The notes beneath the pieces were generated by a model. The model was given only the letters and a program-made list of their open reading frames with translations. It made no database searches and was not told the DNA's origin. The translations under genes and the position numbers were made by a program. Positions 35,001 to 47,000 of a DNA stretch of 64,000 bases are shown here, one piece after another (within the stretch, counting starts at the first letter, position 1; each line of letters starts with the position of its first letter). Origin of the DNA: Macrostomum lignano (lineage: Eukaryota); NCBI GenBank assembly GCA_002269645.1, contig NIVC01000276.1, positions 124,001 to 188,000 of the forward strand. The letters are read 5' to 3'.

Positions 35001-38000
35001 CAGTGCCGATGCACCTGCTCAGCCGGCCAGGCAAAGCAACCGCCGCAGGGCACAAAGGTGAGGAGAGCACTGGTTGCGGGGGTGGGGGCTCTGATAACCT
35101 GACGACTTATCTAGCATATTTGCGTTTCTGTTGCCGGTGAATGGACTGCTTCTGTTTATTTTTAATTATTTGTTTATTATTATTACTATTATGAGACATA
35201 CTTTCTAATGTTGCATCTGTTCATCCTACTACTATACGTGCCTGCGAATCAGTCCGTCTGTTCTGCACAAGTCTTTGTCCTGTCCTGTCCTTGGGAATTG
35301 CACGCGGGCTTCGAAGCTTTGGTTTTTTAAAAATCGTCTAGTTAGACTGCTGGACCTAGTTGAACCAAGGATTTCGTGACTGTTTTTGTTACTCTAAGTT
35401 CTCGAAAAATCCGCTTCAATAGTGAGTGGGCTGACTGGGAGAGCACACTTGGCTGAAGCAGCGAACCCGCTTGTTTTCAACATGTTGTACAACAAGTCTT
35501 GTTTTTAATTTTATTTGTAACTGTTATCCGTTTTCACAAAGAGGATTGAGTTTTTCGTTTTCAGTTTCTTCACAGTTGCAGCGAAACTCACTACAGTAGC
35601 CATTCTTCAATAAATTCATTGCCAGTTTAAGCAGGGAGTCCCAAGGACTGGAGCGGCAGGCCCACTTTGCTAAATTCTCCAACAGACACACGTCCACGCA
35701 GGGTGTACAGCGGCCCGGAATTCCTTATCTTCAGACAGCACACAACAAGGCCTTTCGCGTAATAGAAGCATAAGCTCCGCTCCCCCATTTCCACGGTCTA
35801 GAGTGTTGGTCTACGTCTCTGACCGTTCACGGATAGAAGTCTGATGCGATTGAATACAATAAAAATTGCTACACTATTATCGCAGAGGAAAATTTCGATC
35901 AGGAACCGCAGCAGCAGCATCAGCAGCAGGACCGGCAGGAGCACCTGCTGATGACGCTAGTCGATGAGGCTGCAGCCGCAGCAGCCGCAGCAGCGGTTGG
36001 CTGCGTTACTCAGCAACCACCAGCCGTGATGAGGCGCTGTTTCACGGCCAGCCACCTTAGACCCATTAGTAATTAAATGCTAAAAGTCCTCAATGGGATA
36101 TAAATTTGTCCGTAGAGAATTCAAGCGTTAGCCGCACAACGTGGTTGGCTGGCCAAGCTCCTATGTCTAAGTAATAAGGCGTGCACCTGTGTTGCCTCAC
36201 GGGACCCGCTGCCGCACACACACACACACCTGCTATTCGCTACCGTGCACTCCACTCCGCCATTTGCACACACGAGTTCGATCTTGACAGTTTTGCACGC
36301 GTGTGCTTTTTTAGCTACAGAGTCTTACGCAAGCGTGATTGTCTCGGTTCCACAGTCTGATCGTAGGTCTTTGTGCCTCTGTCCCGGGGTTTAAACTGTA
36401 AGCTTTCTCTACCTCGCTCTCTCTCAATTGCTGGCAAAATTTCTGTTGTATTTGCCGCACTGTGTGCCGATTTGCCCGTTGTTTCTCAAACAGCAGCTGG
36501 CAGCTCTCTTTGTTCTGAAACGATTGTCAGCTGCGGAGGGTTGGCTTGTACATACTAACAGTACACGGCATTGTTGTTTATCTAATATTACATGCGATAG
36601 TGAAGCATACAATAAACAGTTACACTACGTCATATGGCACAGTCCACAGGTAATTTTTATATCATAGTTTACATGTCCCGTGAGTCTCTTTGTGAATCGT
36701 ACTCGACACATCTGCTGCAAGCTTCAAGTCACGAAGAAGTGCAGCAGTAGAAAAAGTTCCTGGGGCGCTTTTGACAGTTGTACTGTCAAATTTATGCAGT
36801 TCTGTTTTTAAAAGTAATCGTAAACTTCAGTGTCTACAGGCAATTAATTGATTGATCTCACCTGCAAGTAGCAGCATATGACTGAAAATCTCACAATGAA
36901 ATGAATAGAAATTCCAAAATTGGAGCCGCAACCGACGGCCTAAGTTTGTTCAGCGCGTGGCTTGCATTTGAGATCATGCTCAGCCATTGGTATTCGGCCA
37001 CTTGTGGCACTTTCTTATTAATTCAACTGCGTGCTAGTTTTCATTAATTTAAAATCGCTATTTTTGCTTAATCAGTTGCACGACTCGCGTTCGATATATA
37101 TAAAGGATTATAATTGGAGACAAGCCTGCTCTATATGCCTCTTTGTTACACTCTGCTTCCCCTGCTCATGAATGCAGACTCAATTCAGACAAAGCAGCTG
37201 CTGCTGCCGCTGTGGCCCCACGTGTGTAAGTCCTCCGCCGCATTGCATGGCTTCGTATTCTCTTCTTTCTATTTTTTTTGGCTCGCATGGCCGCTCAGAC
37301 CGCCGTCCGCCGCCATCCCGCACAAACACCAATCCCGAACCCGAATTTCCAAAACCGCCACTGCGGGAAAGAGAAAGCGGCTGATCGGTTCTTTATTATT
37401 GACAGCCTCGCCTATACTCCGTGTGCAGATTTATTATCAATATTTTTATCAACTTTTTGGTTCCACTCGGTTTCATCCTTCGTCTAAAATAGTGCTCACG
37501 AATTCGAATAATGGCTCGGCTTATTTATTTCTCTGTTTGTCATTTTATGTTCTATATGCAAAAACAGCAGGGTTTCATTTTTGATTACTGGTAAATTGAA
37601 GCTGGTAGAATTTTGATATGGATATAAAAATTAGCATTCAACGAGTACCGTCATTGTCGCATGATTGTCGTCGAGATATTTTTTGAGTTTAGAAATTTTT
37701 GATAACGATCTCAAACTATGAATAATTTCAAAAAGCGAAAGCACACTGTTTCATTGTTTCGAGTCGCCTGGGACTAAGGCTAAATATGTACGGCTCTCTG
37801 GAGCTGGAGTCCATACGATATGATTATAGATTTGATCCCAACTCGATTTTCCCACACAATATGTTTGAAGTGCTCAGAATTTATACTGCTCTTGTATTTG
37901 CGTGATGTTTTAGAATCGAATTATTATTTTAAGTTTCCCTTGCTTGACAGCGTACTATTGTGTACTTCGCTATATATTTAGGCTATAGTCCGATCAGGAG

Positions 38001-41000
38001 TGTGCATAAAACATACAAACGATTTATAGATTTGATAGAAAGTCTGCAGACCTTTCGAACCTTTCGAAATGTACACTAAGGCAGAAAAAGAGCAGAAAGG
38101 CTAAGGCGTGAGGTTGGTGTATATACATGTAGGGGTAGGATCGGAGAGAGAAGTGACCCAGACTGCTGATAAGGAAACCTTAAAATGTACACTAGGGCAG
38201 AAGGGCAAGGCGTGAGGTTAGTGTACATATGGATAGGATTAAGAGAGAAGTGGCCCAGACTGCTGATAAGGAAACCTTAAAATGTACACTAGGGCAGAAG
38301 GGCAAGGCGTGAGGTTAGTGTACATATGGATAGGATTGAGAGAGAAGTGGCCCAGACTGCTGATAAGGAAACCTTAAAATGTACACTAGGGCAGAAGGGC
38401 AAGGCGTGAGGTTAGTGTACATATGGATAGGATTGAGAGAGAAGTGGCCCAGACTGCTGATAAGGAAACCTTAAAATGTACACTAGGGCAGAAGGGCAAG
38501 GCGTGAGGTTAGTGTACATATGGATAGGATTGAGAGAGAAGTGGCCCAGACTGCTGATAAGGAAACCTTAAAATGTACACTAGGGCAGAAGGGCAAGGCG
38601 TGAGGTTAGTGTACATATGGATAGAATTGAGAGAGAAGTGGCCCAGACTGCTGATAAGGAAACTTTAAAAATGTGCAGAAATAGGGCAGACAGAGCGGAA
38701 GGGCAAGGCAAGTGTACTGAGAAGGCTAGAATTGGAGAGAAATTGCCGCGCATGTATGAATAAATGTACATTATTAAATAATTTTCACTCTCGATGGGCC
38801 AGAAAGGCAAGGCGGAGGTGGGTTGTCCAAAACATCTTGAGGAATCCTTAGATAACTCTCGGACTCTCGTAGACAATGTCAAGGCGGTCTTCCCACAAGA
38901 GGCAGACAAGGCATACTAGTCAAAGTCTGGTTTACAATCTTATACACCTGAAATATTGCTTTGAAAATTTGGCAAAATAATTAATAAGACGAAGAGTATG
39001 CTACCGAGTAACCGTTTTATCCAGAGAGGCCACTTTTTTACCATCGACCTGACCAGCCCACATCCATCCAGTTAGTTGGCGGCGCCTCGGGAGAGTTTTA
39101 CAGTAGCTATCTTGCCCGATAAGCATTAAAAGCGCGCGTGTGCACCGCACCTCCCTCCTCTACTCCCCTCGCGCGCCTGTTTCACTCCTACCTACCCCTC
39201 CGTCCTTGAACTTAGCAGCTTTTTTTCGGGCTAATCTCTGTTTTTGTTTGAGAGCTCTCCAATTTTCTTTTTTACGAGTAGTTGTCTATACAAGAAAATT
39301 TCATTAATTAGGAATACCTTTGAATCCATAGACTTAGCTACTAGTTTAATTTAGACGAACGTGACCCGCACTTTAAAACTGATTGCGTCAACTTTGACTG
39401 CATTGCGCGCAAAAAATGCCATGTTGCATCTGCAATATTGCTGGAAATGTTGGTTTGACCAGCTGGGAAAGGCACAGCGGGTTGGTCGTTCCAAATCATT
39501 AAGCAGAGCCCTGGAGGCTAATTGAGGCAACGATTTCATAAATCTTCGATTTTACATCGGTAAATTAAATAAAGCCGAGCCTGTAATTTTTTTATTTTAC
39601 AGCTTTTTGTATGTAGCTCATTTTTGCATGATGATAGCTACTCGTACTCTCTTATCAGTTCAAGTGAATGTGAATTGATTTATTTATCGAATTACTATAT
39701 GCTCGTATTTGTAGGAAATTTTTCTTAAATGTTCTAGCTGGCTTCACAGAACATTGCTCGTATTTTTGGTTCCGCTTTAAAAAGACACCCGCTTCTCTCA
39801 CTTTTGTTTTTATTCCAAACGTCTCGTCGGACTCTCTAGCAGGTACGCCAGCTGGTCCTTTTTCTCCATAATTTATTACTATGATTATATTCAATATTCA
39901 GCTTTTCTTTACCAGACGCTTTTTAATTAACTTTTTTACTTGACAGAATATTTAATCTCAGCTTCCGTGTCGCTTCCTCTTATTGTCGGTGTACTTTTGT
40001 TGCTGCTTATTAATTATTCCGCTTGACCGGCTGTCCATCTCTATCTGTCTTTCTCCATCTTGTTCTATCCACCTGTATCTCAACTTAATTATGTTAGCAT
40101 AGCTCCCAGCCATTTGGAATTTACATGCAGTGTCAAAATTAGGCCTTCGATCTGATTTCAATTGTAGCAGCAGAGTGAAAGACTATCAAAATTCATAGCG
40201 CAATGCATTTGAATATTATTTGTCAGTTATTCCCCGAACTGTGCTTTAAACTGCAGACATAGAAATAGACCATTGTTTCTTTGCTATTATTAGTAATAGC
40301 AAAATGTTCGGAGCAGTCTTGCTAACTTTCCCTGTACAGCCTATTTAGCACAATATTTAGTATATTTAGATTCATACTTAGCTAACTATTATGGCATGTG
40401 GTCAGCGTTATTTCAACTTACTATGCCTATTATTATTATTATACTAATAATCTGCTTGTAAATGAAAAGAAATTTAACTGAAAAATGGCAAACAAGTTTT
40501 CCTAATTACTTTATTAATTCCATTGGTTCTAACGATAACTAGCTTCTTTTGACATGTGTTTATACTTGCGTCTGTAAACAGAGACAATATTCTGGCAGGG
40601 GTTAAATTTGAATTTGATTATTAATCTACACAAGCTGGCTTTTCCCAAGCCATGCGAAACTAATTGATCCAAATGAATGAAGACTCGGGCATTCCATATA
40701 ACATTAGTGTCCTGGTCGCTCGGCGTGCTGCCAAATCCATCTGAGCTCATCATGAACTCATCCGAGCTGCCGCCTCGCAGCAGGCTGAGCAGGCAAATGC
40801 CGCTCATGGCCTACAACCGGCTGCTGCTTGCCAGCCTGCAGCAGCAACACCCGGAGCAACCGCATCAGTCAAGCTCCTGCGATTTGCCCAGCGAAGTCGG
40901 AGGTTTCTGGAAGCCTGCCCCCCATCATTTGCATCTGCATCCCCCGCCTCCATCGATTTGTTTGTTTGTTTGTTTTTGGTTTGACTTTTGCTCCTTGATT

Positions 41001-44000
41001 TGGTTTCTGATATGCAGTGCTCAGCTAATCCACCGGTTGGCCGGAACGAATTCTCATTTACAAGAAATCCCCGATTATTTAAGCATTCGTACGAGTATTT
41101 GTTATTGTTTTTAATACTGAGTGACCCTCAAACCCTGAATACCAGAGTGAGAAAACCTCTATTAACACTTGGAGAGGCCTTGAATTTCAGTTTTTATCAG
41201 CATTATACACGAACTCTCGTGAGTCATCATGGAACCGAATGCGAAACCGCCCTCTTTCAGAGAGGCGCCCCCCTCCCGTTTGAAGTTATCAACCCCGTGC
41301 TGGCATCAGACTGCGTGTGCTACAGCCCGTTATTTTTCCACGTCGTTTGCAGGAACTTTATGAGTGTATTTTAGTGCGAACTCGCCCGTAAATTTGATTG
41401 GAAACCTAAGCGGGGATCTCGGAGCGGCTCGTCTCTCTTCCCGCCCCGCCTCCCCACCTCTCCTCCGGTCTCCCGGTCTTCCCAGGTCGCGCTGTGAGGC
41501 TCGCTCGAGCAGCTCAGCTCAGCTGCCTCGCCTTTTCCCTTCCCCTTCCATCCCATTCCGCCTCCTCTCCCAAGCCGCGCTATCTCAACCCTTCCCAAAT
41601 CCCCCATGTTGAGTAGGACTGCGGGGAGCGGGATTAGAATCGGGTTGTACTTTTATTATCCTCCCGGTGTGACACTTCCTTGATGCAGAATTTTTTTCGT
41701 AAGGAGGGCAAGGGAGAAACGCTTTTTTATTTTATCAGTTGGAGAAAAATTCTGCCCTATCCACGGTATGTCCCAACTTGACTACTCATGACAATCTGAT
41801 GGGACATATTATCTACTTTATATGCATAGTGCACTGAAATTCACTCATGCCACAGCAATCAAGATATTATGAAATATTATCGACAGGACTTATCAAATGT
41901 TTAATTAAGGTATTAATGACATTGCACAGTGTATAGCGCTAGCGTAAGGTAGTTTAGCTGTTGAAATTAAAACAAGAAACAATTATTTGTTAAACTGATT
42001 CGAACTGTGACTAACCGATTGAATTTCGCGCCTCGCGCCCGCCTGCAGACGTGCCAAAGGACAAGCAGTACTCCAGGCAGGCGTCGGCGCCTTTGTTCTC
42101 CGTTGGCCGGCGAAAATCAAAGAACGCCCTGGGCGCAATTAGCAGCTTCGTGCTGTCCGGTGAGTCCGCCCTGCTCAGCTCACCATGTCAGGTTTTGGGC
42201 TGCCCTGCGCTGTACGCGTGTGCTCAGTTATTGTGGCCGATCTGTGGAGCTGGCCATTGTTTGCTGGTCTCTGGTTGTTATTGGTCATTGATTCTCGTTC
42301 ATTGCTCATTGATTCTCGTTCACCGGTCATTGATTCTCGTTTATCGGTCATTGATTCTCGTTCACTGCTCATTGATTCTCGTTCATTGCTCATTGATTCT
42401 CGTTCATCGGTCATTGATTCTCGTTCACTGCTCATTGATTCTCGTTCATTGCTCATTGATTCTCGTTCATCGGTCATTGATTATCGTTCACTGCTCATTG
42501 ATTCTCGTTCATTGCTCATTGATTCTCGTTCACTGCTCATTGATTATCGTTCACTGCTCATTGATTCTCGTTCATTGCTCATTGATTCTCGTTCACTGCT
42601 CATTGATTCTCGTTCACTGCTCATTGATTCTCGTTCATTGCTCATTGATTCTCGTTCATCGGTCATTGATTCTCGTTCATTGGTCATTAATTCTCGTTCA
42701 TTGGTCATTGACTCTCGTTCATTGGTCATTGATTCTCGTTCACTGCTCATTGATTCTCGTTCATTGCTCATTGATTCTCGTTCATCGGTCATTGATTCTC
42801 GTTCATTGGTCATTAATTCTCGTTCATTGGTCATTGACTCTCGTTCATTGCTCATTGATTCTCGTTCATTGGTCATTGATTCTCGTTCATTGCTCATTGA
42901 TTCTCGTTCATTGGTCATTGATTCTCGTTCATTGCTCATTGATTCTCGTTCATTGCTCATTGATTCTCGTTCATCGGTCATTGATTCTCCTTCATTGCTC
43001 ATTGATTCTTATTTATTGGTTATCGAATCTTGTTTTTTAGTCATATGTAATTGCTTCTTGGTCATTGGTCATTGTTCATTCAATCTTTATTTTTTAAAGT
43101 AAATTCTTTGTCATAAGTTTTCAGTAATTAGTCATTGATCACTGCTTCTTGGTCATTGGTCCTCTGTCTGTATTCTTTAAGTGTATCGAGCAGTCAATCA
43201 CCGCATTCACGCATTGTGTTGATATTTGTCCATAACTGCCATCAGATTTGCGCAGCCATATGATGCAATCAACATTACGCTTTATATTCCCAATGTTTTT
43301 TTCGCGATAGTTCGGCGTTAAAATTCGCTGTCAGAGTTTTGGTGTAACTAACAAATGCCTGTTGTTAATTGCCAGTAATTAATGATTTAATATCTCATTT
43401 TCCCCCGGTCGAACCCAGAGCCTGGCAGGCCGCAAGGCGCCAACAAGCAGCAGGGTAAATGCAGGCGGCGGGCCGCGCTTCTCTTCTTTGTTTTTTTACA
43501 CCTGTTCTCCACTTTAGAGAGAAAATGCTCAGTGCATTTCGATTTGCCGCGCGCGGCTGAGAGAGGCGGTTAGCATTGGATAGAAATTGATTTAGCCAAT
43601 TATTGCTATTTAGCGCCGCAGATGCTGATGTTGCTACTGTCAGTAAGGCAAACTGGCAAAAGTTTGCTCTAAAAATGAGTTGCTATTTTTTAAACTTGTG
43701 TCATTAATTTTTAGTTTACATCACAGAATACACCAGAATGCTCAATCAGCTTCCAAATCGAAAGCCAAAATATAAAACCATAGACACTACTCCTGAGGTG
43801 AAGAAGCGATAAGTAGTACTGAAATTTGAGAAGTAGTCACCTTTTTGTACGTCCATTCGAGGGGGAATATTTTATGGACAGAAGGTCCCGATTGTATATT
43901 TGCAGCTGTAGCGACATGAAAATGTAGATATTAATTGTGAACATTAAAAGCAAACTAGAACAGTTTAAAAACAGCAGTATGAGCAGCAGTTTAGGCAATT

Positions 44001-47000
44001 GGGTACGTGATATAGCCGTATATGAAAATTGAGCCTTGAGTTTCTGCCTTAGCTGCAGCATGGTCGCAACTCTTCGACCGGTAGGCTTGGGTAAGGGCAC
44101 AGTAATCGGCGGAGCGTCCTTTCTCGGAGACATGTCTAAAGGTTCACCTCGGACAGTCGGAGATGGCAACAGTTGATAGTCGGCAACTAAGCTGAGTTAT
44201 TGTACACTAGGCATCCAATAGATAGGATAGATGGACAGAAAGACAAGCGAAAAACATCGTCTATGGCAAAATCGATCTTAATACACTAGGTTGATGAAGA
44301 AAGCCAGCACTACTCACGAATCACTTCACCTTAGAAGTAGCGTAGCTAGCAAATAGTTTTTGCCTCAACTTTTTTTCGCAGGGAGCTTGATTGAGCATTC
44401 TGGTGTATTCTGTGGTTTACATGTTTCTTTAGTTTTTTAGTGAGCTGTTGCTGAATTCCTGTGGTCGGTTTGAAAACTGCTGGTTAGGGTGGTTAGGCTT
44501 TGCGTACTTTAACTCGAAAGCAAGCTATAATTATTATTCTAGTGAGGTATGAAAACCGAGTCAGAAGTCGCAACTGCGCGCGCATTGAGTTTCTTTTTTA
44601 TTAATAAACATTATTTTGCTATAGCACCTGTCTGTATTAATTTATTGTATTAGGTGGAGGGAAACTTTCGAACATGTACTTTTGCCTTCTATTTCTTACT
44701 CTTTAATTCTCCTGTATCACAACTAGTGTCCCTCTAGCATATCACGAATCGAATGCTATCATTTTATTTCTAATCAATATTGGCTGCTGCAGGTACAATG
44801 ATTTAGCCAGAAAATTTCTCAAGCAAAAGCATCAGCTCATTGGCTAGTATTTATCACTGCCTCTTGAAATTATAATTTTCCTATTCAGCTGTAATATGTT
44901 CTGTCTCTGCACTATGCATTAATCCTGTCCACTACTTGGCTAACTGCAGTTTTTCTACACTGGTTTCTGAGAACGTTTCGCAAGAATTCTAATTATACCT
45001 CTGATCCGGGGAATTACGTAGCTCGGGATTCTCGGTCTCGGAAAATGCCCCCTAACGCGGGGGGGGGAATTCCCACTGGTGCAGATTTGAATTGTGTACA
45101 ATTTTCCGAATTGGAACGCAGGCGGCCAATTCCGCGAGTTCACTGATGAAGAGAGCAACTTCGCGGCGCAGCTGCAGCGGGCCCTGGACCTCGAGGGCGG
45201 CGACCGGGAAACCCTGCACCAGCTGGTGGCGCTGCTGCTGCACTTCATGGCCAACCTGGACCTCGCCACTCAGAGCGACGACAGGCAGAACACGAAGACT
45301 CAGAGCTTGGTGCTGCGGCACCTCAACACGCTGCTGGGGTACAACCAGGCTGACAAGACGTTTAGCGTGCCGCCCTACAAGCTTAGGTGCGTGAAAGCTT
45401 TGTGCACGGCCTAGATGACAATCGCCCCTGAACCGCCCTAGATGACAATCGCCCCTGAACCGCCCTAGATGACAATCGCCCCTGAACCGCCCTAGATGAC
45501 AATCGCCCCTGAACCACCCTAGATGACAATCGTCCCTGAACCACCCTAGATTGCAATCGCCCCTGAACCACCCTAGATGGCAATCGCCCCTGAACCACCC
45601 TAGATGGCAATCGCCCCTGAACCACCCTAGATTGCAATCGCCCCTGAACCACCCTAGATTGCAATCGCCCCTGAACCACCCTAGATGGCAATCGCCCCTG
45701 AACCACCCTAGATTGCAATCGCCCCTGAACCACCCTAGATTGCAATCGCCCCTGAACCGCCCTAAATGGCAATCGCCCCTGAACCACCCTAGATGGCAAT
45801 CGCCCCTGAACCACCCTAGATTGCAATCGCCCCTGAACCGCCCTAAATGGCAATCGCCCCTGAACCACCCTAGATGACAATCGCCCCTGAACCACCCTAG
45901 ATGAGAATCGCCCCTGAACCGCCCTAAATGAACAGTCATCCCTGAACCGCCCTAGATGACAATCGCCCCTGAACCACCCTAAATGAACAGTCATCCCTGA
46001 ACCGCCCTAGATGGCAATCGCCCCTGAACCACCCTAGATGACAATCGCCTCTGAACCACCCTAGATGGCAATCGCCTCTGAACCACCCTAAATGAACAGT
46101 CATCCCTGAACCGCCCTAGATGAAAATCATCACTTAAGCTCAAAAACTATTTTCTCGCATCCCAACTCAAGGAGCCTGACGGTATTCCACGCATTCATTG
46201 GCGGCATTTCGCCCGTGCTAGACTGCAACTTTGAGGTTGGCAACAATGTACTTCACGTGGCCCTGGCAGTGCTGCAGTACGCTCCGTCGCCTCAGCGATA
46301 TGCCAGCGACAACCAACCACCAGACTACAGCCTCTGCCTGCTGGAGCCCTACACTAGGAACCACTGGCTGAATGCCCTGCTCATCATTCTCTATAAGGTA
46401 GGCTTTGAGATTTGCTACAACTTTTAGACTGCGGCGAGGGCTGACTGGCAAACTGAGGGAAATTGCGGGCGGAGGTTGACCCTTTAAATAAAGGCAGAAT
46501 TGCTTTCACGCTTTGCCAGTTTGCCCGCAACTCGTACGATTATTTATGAATGAGTGGTGACTAGTATTGTTGTCTCAACTCACTCGCCCACCCCGCTCTG
46601 GCCGCCGCAGTACCAGTACAACTCGCCCAACTTCGCGTCCATCATGGAGGTGCTCGTGAAGATCGCAATCAACACGATAGACGCTCAGGTTCACGTGTGC
46701 AAGGAGAACGCTGAGGAGGCCTTCGAACCTCCGGCTTCGCATTCGCACAGGCCACGGGGTGAGTTTGCGCTACCACCGGGGGAGAAAGGTGTTCTGAGTT
46801 GCTTTTTTCAGTTTTTTTGTCCTTGCTGATCGATTTTTTCTTGCCGAAGGAATTCAAATTTTTGTAAAGCCACCATTTTGCAGTACCATTGAGGCACAGT
46901 TGCGGTTATGTGAGGCTTTTAGAGTAGCTCTTGTAGGGTAGGGGTTGTAGCCTAGTGGTTAGAGCGTCGGACTCTACCGAAAGTTCGGGGTTCGATTCTC

